Origin: Promethearchaeota archaeon | GTDB taxonomy: Archaea > Asgardarchaeota > Lokiarchaeia > Sigyniarchaeales > SOKP01 | Direction of reading: 5' to 3' | Length of the DNA stretch: 64,000 bases | NCBI GenBank assembly: GCA_019058445.1 | Contig: JAHPZA010000003.1 | Coordinates: forward strand, 420,919-484,918 | Shown: positions 31,991 to 40,662 of the stretch, in pieces | How the letters are laid out: each line of letters begins with the position of its first letter | Numbering within the stretch: position 1 is the stretch's first letter | Made by a program: the position numbers and the translations under genes | Notes under the pieces: generated by a model | Seen by the model: the letters and a program-made list of their open reading frames with translations, nothing else | Database searches by the model: none | Told to the model about the DNA's origin: nothing

Positions 31991-33175
31991 TTAATTTAGA
32001 TTTAAAGGGTATTTCCTATATTTTTCAATAGCAGCTCTTAGTGCTAAGATATTTTCCCAAGGGGCATTTAGAATATTGTGACTCGGTCCAGCAAAATAAC
32101 CTCCACATTGAGCAGCTGCTCTAATGCATCTCTTTACTTCCTCCTCAACATCTTTTGGAGTTCCAAAATTAAGTATATTAGAACCGTCAATACCACCTAG
32201 AAACACCACACTATCACCTAAAGTTTCTTTTAAATGAGCGAGATCCACTCCTGCTGCGGGCTCAAGGGCTTGGATACCATTCAATCCCGCCTCAACCATA
32301 TGAGGTAATAGTTTGTCTATATATCCACAGGAATGTTGAATAATGAACATGCTATTTTTCTTAGCCGCTTGATAAATCTGTCGGTAATATGGCAGAATAA
32401 ATTCTTTAAATTGCTCAACTGAAAAAATAGATCGCTGTTTCATGCCTAAATCATCTTCATAAAACACGATGTCGACGCCAGCTTCTGCTAGCCTCTTAAT
32501 TATTTCCAAGTTAACTTTCGTGAATTCATTCATTACTTCATGTATAAACTGGGGGTCTTTTCTCATGTAGTAGGCTACTCTCGTTATCGTCATTCCTTCG
32601 AATAATGATTCATGCATACTAATAGGTAGCAAAGCCATTGGATACAAATAATTTGATAGTTTTTCCACAAAATTATCCCAAATATCAGGAGAATAGTTCA
32701 TTTTATTATTAATGAACTCAATAGGTTTGCCATATTTATCCCAATATTCATGTACAATTTCTGGGGTTTTAAAATAACCATTCTCGTACCATAAATACAT
32801 CAAACCAGTATTAATTTGAGGAGCAATTTTCCAAATTCTTCCGTCATATGGTAACATAACACATTCAGGAAATTCAGGAGGTGCCTTGATCGGTTTCATT
32901 TTAAATTTATCAATTCCCCAAGGATCCAATGAATGGAGGTCTGCGTTCCAGAACCGTAATTCGATTATACTCCCTGTAATTCCCATAAGTACTTTGAACT
33001 TCATTTTTAAAACCTCATTTTCTATTCCCGCTCTAATATTCTTGTATTCTTCCGATTTTATAAAATACTGGTTAGAACTTCCCGTCCATTCAAATCCTAA
33101 ATGGTGAATTGGCACCATATCGGGCTCTTCAAGCTCTAAAGTTCTGATTACTCTTTCTCTTTTTGAAAGTGCCAT
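31991..33175 (-). CDS. UroD/MtaA-superfamily methyltransferase paralogue 5
   Basis: SKRERV, YEDDLG, QHSCG, GPSHN; ATG 33175 aligns with the paralogue starts. Confidence 0.85.
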   Translation of the reverse strand: MALSKRERVIRTLELEEPDMVPIHHLGFEWTGSSNQYFIKSEEYKNIRAGIENEVLKMKFKVLMGITGSIIELRFWNADLHSLDPWGIDKFKMKPIKAPPEFPECVMLPYDGRIWKIAPQINTGLMYLWYENGYFKTPEIVHEYWDKYGKPIEFINNKMNYSPDIWDNFVEKLSNYLYPMALLPISMHESLFEGMTITRVAYYMRKDPQFIHEVMNEFTKVNLEIIKRLAEAGVDIVFYEDDLGMKQRSIFSVEQFKEFILPYYRQIYQAAKKNSMFIIQHSCGYIDKLLPHMVEAGLNGIQALEPAAGVDLAHLKETLGDSVVFLGGIDGSNILNFGTPKDVEEEVKRCIRAAAQCGGYFAGPSHNILNAPWENILALRAAIEKYRKYPLNLN

Positions 33176-33344
33176 ATGCAAATATATACCTTATGATTTA
33201 AAAAAAGTTTTTAGTCGAATGCTTGAAAAAATAGTGATTTAAAAATAATAAAAATCTATTCAAAATCCTTTTCGATAAAAAAAAAATAATTAATAATTCT
33301 TTCACTCTAAATATTATATAATCAAAAAATATCGGTTTAATATT

Positions 33345-33980
33345 ATGGATTATGAACAATTAACAGAACTTATAGTAGAATTGGAGCTCGATGATATTGC
33401 GGATGCAGTAAAGGAGGCCCTTGAGGCGGATGGGAAAGACCCATTTGATGTGTTATCCGCACTTACTGCAGGAATGGATGAAGTAGGGCGGCGATATGAT
33501 GATGAGATTTATTATTTAGCAGACTTAATGCTGGCAGCAGAGACTATGAAGGTTGCATTAGATGTTTTGAAACCGGAATTAGCTTCATCTGAAAAAGTGA
33601 AAGAGAAAGTAAAAATCGTTATCGCAACCGTTAAAGGAGATAATCATGATATCGGGAAGAATTTACTTGGAATATTATTGATGAGTGAAGGATTTGAAGT
33701 ATACGATTTAGGTAAAGATGTGGATGCTGAAGCTATTGTGGCAAAGGTAAAAGAAACAGGTGCTACAATCGTTGGTTTGAGTTCACTCTTAAGTATGACT
33801 GTTCCCCAAATTGAAGTTGTTCATGAAGCACTTAAAGCTGCGGGGTTACGAGATAAAGTGAAATTAATTGTTGGTGGAGCGCCTCTAAGTATGGATCTAG
33901 CCAAGCAATTTGGAGCAGATGATTTTGCCGAAGATACGATTAAAGGAATTTCACACATAAAAGATTTAGCTGGAATCTAA
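33345..33980 (+). CDS. Methyltransferase cognate corrinoid protein (MtbC/MttC/MtaC-like)
   Basis: Four-helix cap (AGMDEVGRRY..YLADLMLAAETMK) plus B12-binding GDNHDIGKN, DLGKDV, GLSSL, VGGAP. Confidence 0.93.
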   Translation: MDYEQLTELIVELELDDIADAVKEALEADGKDPFDVLSALTAGMDEVGRRYDDEIYYLADLMLAAETMKVALDVLKPELASSEKVKEKVKIVIATVKGDNHDIGKNLLGILLMSEGFEVYDLGKDVDAEAIVAKVKETGATIVGLSSLLSMTVPQIEVVHEALKAAGLRDKVKLIVGGAPLSMDLAKQFGADDFAEDTIKGISHIKDLAGI

Positions 33981-34121
33981 TTTTTTCATTCCTTTTTTCT
34001 TATTTTTTCTATTTTTTTAAAATCAAGGTCTTTTGAGGTTCTTTATAAACTTTCGAGCAAGATCATTATTGAATTTATAAATTAGATTAATTATTAAAAT
34101 AAAAAAAATTGATTAATTGCG

Positions 34122-35537
34122 TTAAATTACACCTTTTTCTTTAAGCATTTGTAGATATTTCGCTTCTTTTTCTTCATGTATTTTTTTTAATTCTTCTTTT
34201 TGTTTCATCCATTCGGGACCTCCGAGAGGATAAAATTTTACACAAAGTCCTCCAATTAAAAGTACTATTCCCGGAATAATAGTAAAGGCCAGCATTATAC
34301 CAAGTTGTGCGTTAGCTGTTTGAGTTGATGCATGTTCATTAAATCCAAAGGCCAATACGACCCAAATAAAAACAGCTGGTGCAATAGATATAGCTGGTTT
34401 CTGCACAAGCGCTTCTATACCGGCATAAGTTGCTTCCCTTCTTTTACCAGTCTTTAATTCATCGTAATCAACCACATCCCCAAAAACCATCTGTACCATA
34501 AGATAAAAACCTGAAAATGCTGCTCCTAATACCATTAAACCGATGAAAGCTGTTATATAGACCCAACCTATTAGAATAAATGCTGTAAAACCAATTCCTA
34601 ATATGATAAGGGAAGTCATAAACGCATTTTTAAGGCCTATTTTCAATACGACTTTATTCCACACAGGAAGGAACAAAATAAGCATCAAAAAGAATACTAG
34701 GATCGGGAGAAGAGCTAAAAGTCCTCCGACTTGAAGGACAAAATCAAGATAGTAAAAGACAGCAGTACCAAGAACTTGTTGAGCAAAATAGAAGCAGAAA
34801 TAAGGAATCAAATACAAATTAAAAGCCTTATTTTTAAAGGTGGTTTTAATACCTTCGATGAATCCCATAGGTTCTTCCATTACCGTAAATTTATTTTCTG
34901 TTATGTAATATGAACTTGCGAATAATGCTATTCCACAAATAATACCAATAATAGTCATTAATATTATTATATCAAGATTGATTCCTTTCCGTTCTGTTCC
35001 AGTGAATAGAAGTATAGGTACAGCCAGCGAAAGAAAACTAGCAATAGTAGATGCAACACCTCCATAAGTCATTAAGTTACCACGAGCTTTCGAGGATATG
35101 GCCATCTCTGCTGGAAGGAGCCATGTGATCATCAATATAATTGTTATCATTGTATCAATTGCAAAAAGAACAAATACGAAATAAAGGAACAGGGCAAATT
35201 GATCGTTAATATCGACTAATGGGATCCAACATATAATAAAAGTTAGTGCAAAAAATGGAGCACCAAATCGAATCACCGGAATTCTTCTTCCATATTTTTC
35301 GCTGTGTATTCTATCTTCTAAATATCCTATTATTGGATCATTGAGAGTATTCCATACCAAGAAAATTACCCATCCTATGGCAATCCATGTTGCTGATAGC
35401 CCTAAGATAATATTGTAATAGTATGTTATTGCGACCATTGAAATATTTCCTAAGATGCTGCCTGCTAATTGAGCACCTCCAAATGCCATTTTCGCACTTC
35501 TTGGAAGTTTCTCTTCAAATTCTTCAACAACACTCAT
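34122..35537 (-). CDS. MFS transporter, GPH/MelB-like family
   Basis: WNTLNDPIIGYLEDR, YGRRIP, GDVVDYDELKTGKRREATYAG. Confidence 0.88.
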   Translation of the reverse strand: MSVVEEFEEKLPRSAKMAFGGAQLAGSILGNISMVAITYYYNIILGLSATWIAIGWVIFLVWNTLNDPIIGYLEDRIHSEKYGRRIPVIRFGAPFFALTFIICWIPLVDINDQFALFLYFVFVLFAIDTMITIILMITWLLPAEMAISSKARGNLMTYGGVASTIASFLSLAVPILLFTGTERKGINLDIIILMTIIGIICGIALFASSYYITENKFTVMEEPMGFIEGIKTTFKNKAFNLYLIPYFCFYFAQQVLGTAVFYYLDFVLQVGGLLALLPILVFFLMLILFLPVWNKVVLKIGLKNAFMTSLIILGIGFTAFILIGWVYITAFIGLMVLGAAFSGFYLMVQMVFGDVVDYDELKTGKRREATYAGIEALVQKPAISIAPAVFIWVVLAFGFNEHASTQTANAQLGIMLAFTIIPGIVLLIGGLCVKFYPLGGPEWMKQKEELKKIHEEKEAKYLQMLKEKGVI

Positions 35538-35662
35538 TTTCAATCACTTTTGTTGTTTTTTTATGAAAAATAAATATATTAACATTTTTTTTAAAAATAT
35601 TTAAATTTATTTAATTGTCTTTTTTTTCGAAGCAATAAAATTGTTAAATGCTGATTTGAGAA

Positions 35663-36661
35663 TTAATCAAATCGATTAACGAGTTCTTGTCGAGCTACTT
35701 GTAGATTCATAGGTGGTAAACCTTTTAATAGAGCTTCCACATCGTCAGTGACCATGCGACCTATATTTCGACGTGCTTGTAAGGCAGAACCAGCCATATG
35801 GGGGGTGAAAATTATATTTTTGGCCTTGCGAACAGGATGATCCTTAGGTAATGGCTCTACAGGAAAAACATCAACAGCTGCTTTAAACCTATTATCATTA
35901 GTTAATTCTATAAGAGCATCAAAATCGATTAAATGAGCACGACTTAATAATATTAAAATAGAGTCACTTTGAATTTTTTGTAGCTTTTCGCGTGAGAGAA
36001 GAGCTTTATTTTCAGCTGATGGTATTGCTAATACAAAAATAAATTTAGACGTTTCTAAGAGGGTTTCTAAAGTGACTGAAGATACTCCTTGTTTCTTGAG
36101 ATAGCTACTTGGAAGCCATGGATCATATGCTTGAATCTTACATCGAAAGGGCTCAAGCAATGGTTTAAACGCTCGAGCGAGATTGCCATATCCAATTATT
36201 CCTACAACTTGGTCATACAGTGTAGAAACATTCATATTCTGCCACTTTTCAGTTCCTGACCTTAAAGCTCTATCTGATTCTACTATATCGCGTGCAGCAG
36301 AGATTGCCAGCCCTAATCCCATCTCTGCTACCATTGGGGCGAATGCGGGTGCACAGCTTAAAACCCGGATATTCCGTTCAAAGCAAATATCATAATCAAG
36401 TACTTTAGGTGAAGGATGTTGTCCACCAACTTCAATAATCGCTTCTAAATTTGGTGCACTCTCCTTATCGACCGACCCATAGCGCCAGAAGCCAGTAATA
36501 ATAATAGAGGCTTCTTTCTTAGCCTCTTTCCATTCTTTTTTCGGCATCTTCTTATCCTTACCCCAGATTATTTCCGCTGTGCTTTTTAATCGTTCTAGAT
36601 CTTCGGAATAAAAGATAGTATGCAAGGTACGGAAATAGGGATCTAATAGTATTTTTTTCAT
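35663..36661 (-). CDS. D-isomer-specific 2-hydroxyacid dehydrogenase
   Basis: GIIGYGNLA, YDPW, SRAHLID, DVFPVEP, TPHMAG. Confidence 0.88.
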   Translation of the reverse strand: MKKILLDPYFRTLHTIFYSEDLERLKSTAEIIWGKDKKMPKKEWKEAKKEASIIITGFWRYGSVDKESAPNLEAIIEVGGQHPSPKVLDYDICFERNIRVLSCAPAFAPMVAEMGLGLAISAARDIVESDRALRSGTEKWQNMNVSTLYDQVVGIIGYGNLARAFKPLLEPFRCKIQAYDPWLPSSYLKKQGVSSVTLETLLETSKFIFVLAIPSAENKALLSREKLQKIQSDSILILLSRAHLIDFDALIELTNDNRFKAAVDVFPVEPLPKDHPVRKAKNIIFTPHMAGSALQARRNIGRMVTDDVEALLKGLPPMNLQVARQELVNRFD

Positions 36662-36680
36662 AATTTTTAAAACTTAATCT

Positions 36681-37043
36681 TTAATTTTCTTCTATAAATA
36701 TTTTTTTTATAAAATTAGGAGCCATAAAACCAAAATAAAAGAAAATAGCACCTATTATATTAACTACTCGTGTAATAACAATTAAGAGAGATCTCGTAAT
36801 AATTATTGCTTCAAGAAATATACTCACAAATATAAAAATAAACCCTAAAAATATGAAATTCCCTTTTAAAATAGTCAAATTATTCCCGGACTTAAGACAG
36901 TTAAAAACAAATAGAAATCCGGTTATCATTATAATTGAAATATAGATTACAAAATATATGTTTATTAAGTCAAACCAAACCATATAATGACCTCTTCTGA
37001 ATTCTCCTATTGAACTAGGATTCGTGAAAAAAGTGTAATAATA
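36681..37043 (-). pseudogene. 5'-truncated remnant of a multi-pass (7TM-type) membrane protein
   Basis: Only about 3 TM remain (TGFLF..LKS..LKG.F..R..FYFGF..P.FIKK); the frame continues 20 codons upstream of ATG 36983 (IYYTFFTNPSSIG) to a TAG, with no room for an N-terminus before 37093. Confidence 0.55.
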
Positions 37044-37092
37044 GATCTAGGATTATAAATATATTATTTTTTATTTTATAATTTATTATATA

Positions 37093-38157
37093 ATGGTAAA
37101 TTCTAATATGGTAAATTCTTTAGAGTTAACACTTTCGAGCATTAAGGGCATACCAGAAATAATACCTTTTAATCCATTTATCATGCATTTAGCAGCTTCA
37201 ATTATAAATGTGGATTATAATCAAGAATATTGTAGAAATCCAGATAATTTAGTAAAAGGCCAAATAAAATGTTCTGAATTCTTCGGAATAGACCATGTAA
37301 ATGTTTCGACAGATGCTTATCGCGAGGCTAATGCTTGGGGAGTTGAAATTAATTGGGAAAGCCATACTCCTGTTGCGAATACTCATCTAAGAATCGATGA
37401 CTTTGATTCAATCGATCCTCCCGATTTAACTTCAAATATAAGAATCATGAATAGAGTTAATGCGGTAAAAAAACTAGCTCAAAAGATTGGAGGGACACAA
37501 TGTATAGTTGGTTGGATTGAGGCTCCTTTTGCCGAAATCTGTTGTTTATTTGACTTAATTAATGTTTTAAAATTATGCAGATATGATGATTGGGAAAAGC
37601 AAATTAAAAATTTAATAAATAGAATCCTTCCAATACAAAAGGAATTTGCTGAGATGCAGATTGAAGCAGGAGCTAATATAATTGGAGCTGGCGATTCGGC
37701 AATTTCTCAAATTGGGCCTAAAAGATATGAAAAATGTTGTTTATCAGATACTAAAGACTTATTCAACCACATTCAGAAGAAAGTTCCCGTATTATATCAT
37801 ATATGTGGTGATAACTCTGTAGTGGACAAGGATGGTAGAGATATGTTAAATTTAGTATCGAGCACTAATGCCGCTATATTGGATTTAGATTATCAAGTTG
37901 ATTTAAAAATGGCAAGAGAAAAAATAGGAAAAAACAATTGTATAAGAGGAAATACTAATACCCAAATATTGGGAAGTACAACTTATTCCGCGTTGGATGT
38001 AATAACCGAAGTATCTAAAACTATAAAAATAGGAAAACCGGGAGGAATGTATATGTATGCTGCAGGATGTGAATGGCCTTGGGAACCAAAAGAGATGGCA
38101 ATCCGAAACCTTAGTATAGCTAAGGCTTTAGTTGAAGAAACAGGAAAATATTCATAA
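37093..38157 (+). CDS. MtaA/MtbA-type methylcobamide:thiol (CoM-like) methyltransferase, UroD fold
   Basis: EANAWG, GWIEAPF, AGANIIGAGDSAIS, and the Zn-thiolate ligand set YHICG ... AAGCEW (HxC...C). Confidence 0.8.
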   Translation: MVNSNMVNSLELTLSSIKGIPEIIPFNPFIMHLAASIINVDYNQEYCRNPDNLVKGQIKCSEFFGIDHVNVSTDAYREANAWGVEINWESHTPVANTHLRIDDFDSIDPPDLTSNIRIMNRVNAVKKLAQKIGGTQCIVGWIEAPFAEICCLFDLINVLKLCRYDDWEKQIKNLINRILPIQKEFAEMQIEAGANIIGAGDSAISQIGPKRYEKCCLSDTKDLFNHIQKKVPVLYHICGDNSVVDKDGRDMLNLVSSTNAAILDLDYQVDLKMAREKIGKNNCIRGNTNTQILGSTTYSALDVITEVSKTIKIGKPGGMYMYAAGCEWPWEPKEMAIRNLSIAKALVEETGKYS

Positions 38158-38327
38158 AGATAATTCATCAAAGACTATGGATATATGATCATTTCGCTCA
38201 ATCTTAAATTATGATCTGAGATTACTTTCTATTAATATCAAATTTAGATTAATTATCTAAAATTCTGGTATTTATAATTCAGAAGTTATTAATTAAGATA
38301 TTATTTAAATTAAAATAGTGGTGTAAA

Positions 38328-39308
38328 ATGAATATTAGACTTGATAAAAATGAAATGCCTGAACCTCCGCCAAGAAATATCATTGAGGAGATTAAACTAA
38401 GTATTGACCAAATTAATCGGTACACTTCTCAAAAAGAGGTAAATAGATTAATTGAAATGTTATCTGAATATGCAAATGTGCCTCTAGAATCATTAATATT
38501 AAGTTCAGGCTCAGATATTCTGATTAAGGAGTTTATTTATCTTTTTTCAAAAGGACGTCAAATCATTATCGTAGATCCAACTTTTTTCTTAATTTCGAAT
38601 GCCGCTCAGAAAACATCCTCTCCGATATTAAAAGTTCGACTAAAAGAACCAAAATTTAATTTCCCTTTAGAACCTTTACTTGATGAAATTAATAAACCGA
38701 CACTGATAATTATAGATAATCCTAATAATCCGACGGGAAATTTGCTCTTAGATAAAAATAAAGTAAAAATGTTGTTGGAAAATGAGCACTTGATAATATT
38801 AGTTGATGAAGCATACTTTGAATTTTCCAGAGTTGGTGTTGCTGATTTGATAAGAAATTATCCCAATTTAGCTGTTTCTAGAACCTTATCTAAAGCTTTT
38901 GGATTGGCTGGTTCGGGAATAGGTTATTTAATCGCGGGAGAATTAGTTCAACAAAGATTCTCTGGTCTTGAAATTATGCTTCCTTATCCAAGTATAATTG
39001 CGGGAATTCAAGCTTTAAAAAATAGGGAGTATATGAAAGAATTTATAAAAGAAGTTAACCAAGAAAAGAAGAGGGTCATGAAACTATTATCTGAACTAGG
39101 AATCATTGTGTATCCAAGTTATACAAACTTTTTGTTGATAAAATCAGAAATTCCTGATTTGGCTCAAAAATTAGAGAAAAAAGGGATCTACGTTTCGAAT
39201 TTATCTCACTATTCATTAAGTGCAGAATTTATTAGAGTAAGTATTGGCTCGAAAATTGAAAATGATAATTTTGTAAATATTTTAAGAGCCATTATTGAAA
39301 ATCATTAG
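38328..39308 (+). CDS. PLP-dependent class I/II aminotransferase (HisC/CobD-like)
   Basis: IRLDKNE, DNPNNPTG, VDEAYFEF, SRTLSKAFGLAG, SYTNFLL, IRVSIG. Confidence 0.85.
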   Translation: MNIRLDKNEMPEPPPRNIIEEIKLSIDQINRYTSQKEVNRLIEMLSEYANVPLESLILSSGSDILIKEFIYLFSKGRQIIIVDPTFFLISNAAQKTSSPILKVRLKEPKFNFPLEPLLDEINKPTLIIIDNPNNPTGNLLLDKNKVKMLLENEHLIILVDEAYFEFSRVGVADLIRNYPNLAVSRTLSKAFGLAGSGIGYLIAGELVQQRFSGLEIMLPYPSIIAGIQALKNREYMKEFIKEVNQEKKRVMKLLSELGIIVYPSYTNFLLIKSEIPDLAQKLEKKGIYVSNLSHYSLSAEFIRVSIGSKIENDNFVNILRAIIENH

Positions 39309-39744
39309 CTCATTAATGCTTTCTTAATTCTCTATAAAATTCATCAGGATCATCAATTTTTAATATTAACAATTCCAATTTCTTATCGATTCCTAATTAA
39401 TTAGCAGTTTATGTGACTTTATTATTTTGGAATATCTATATTTTTGTTAAGAACAAAATCACACATTTCGAAAAAAGGTTAATTGCATCTTCTCGAGATA
39501 TATTATTCATTAATTCAATCCTACCTTTGAAATTCCTGACCATTTTCCTATATTTTTTCTTCGAATCAAATTACTTATTTGTTTGGATTTATAATTTACA
39601 TACTTCTAACGTAATATAGGAAACTTAAAGCTATTAATAGTCAATTTTAATAAATTTATAAATAATGTGTCTTTAATGAATTTCAGTCCGAAATATACAT
39701 AAATCATTAAGTGATTTTAAATCCAAATTAAATGGTGAAAAAAT

Positions 39745-40626
39745 TTGAAACTTTTAGAAGACAAAAAGTCCTTAATCACAGGTAGTGGAAGAGGGATTGG
39801 AAAAGCTGTCGCGATTGAATTCGCCTTAAATGGAGCTGATGTAGCTATTACAGCTCGCTCTGAGAATGAATTGAATCAAACTCTAAGGGAAATTGAAAAT
39901 TATGGTGTGAAGGGTCTTAGGATTCCTGCCGATCTTTCCACTATAGATGGAGTTAATCAATGTGCTAATACATATTTAAAAGAATTTCAAAAATGCGATA
40001 TTTTAGTTAATAATGCGGGATATAGTCAATATTGTTCTATTATGGATTATTCTGTTGAAGATTTTCAATATTTATTTAATCTGAATGTCATGAGTTATTT
40101 TTTGATGACAAAATGTATGCTTCCTGGTATGATTGAACAAAAGAGTGGCAAAATCATTATGACAGCTTCATCAGCAGGAAATTTGGCTTTTCCTGCAAAG
40201 AAATTTGCATATGCTGCAACAAAAGCGGCAGAATCAGCTATGGGAAAATGCCTAGATGCTGAATTAGGTGTATACAATATTCAAGTGAATACCATATGCC
40301 CAGGTCCAATCGAAACTAAATTATTGAAAGATAATAGAACATGGGGAGCTGTTTATCCTGAAGGTATGGCACCTGAAGTTATATCACCAATGTATTTATT
40401 TTTTGCAAGTGACACTATAAAACGCCCATATAGAGGAAGAGTAATTGATCAATACTTATTTTCTGAATTACTCTCAACTCTAAAAAAAGAGGTTAATAGT
40501 GATGATTTTGATATTAAGGAGCTATTAAAGTCTATGAAAGAGAAACTTAAAAAAGACTCTTATACCTTATTTAGAAAAAATCAGGAATTAGCAGAATTTA
40601 TGCTTAAATACAATAGAGATAAATAA
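39745..40626 (+). CDS. SDR oxidoreductase with C-terminal helical extension (tandem copy 1)
   Basis: TGSGRGIG, NNAG, YAATK, VNTICPG; TTG start after GGTGA. Confidence 0.85.
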   Translation: MKLLEDKKSLITGSGRGIGKAVAIEFALNGADVAITARSENELNQTLREIENYGVKGLRIPADLSTIDGVNQCANTYLKEFQKCDILVNNAGYSQYCSIMDYSVEDFQYLFNLNVMSYFLMTKCMLPGMIEQKSGKIIMTASSAGNLAFPAKKFAYAATKAAESAMGKCLDAELGVYNIQVNTICPGPIETKLLKDNRTWGAVYPEGMAPEVISPMYLFFASDTIKRPYRGRVIDQYLFSELLSTLKKEVNSDDFDIKELLKSMKEKLKKDSYTLFRKNQELAEFMLKYNRDK

Positions 40627-40662
40627 TTTAATATTAATAAATAAAACTAATAATGTGATTGA

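Noticed and set aside
27123-33175. Calling the array hemE (uroporphyrinogen decarboxylase)
   Set aside because: They lack the HemE RQAGR motif, carry HSCG, occur in five copies and face a corrinoid protein; no tetrapyrrole genes are nearby.
27123-38157. Pyrrolysine-dependent methylamine methyltransferases
   Set aside because: No MttB/MtbB/MtmB-like ORF and no in-frame TAG readthrough candidate in the locus.
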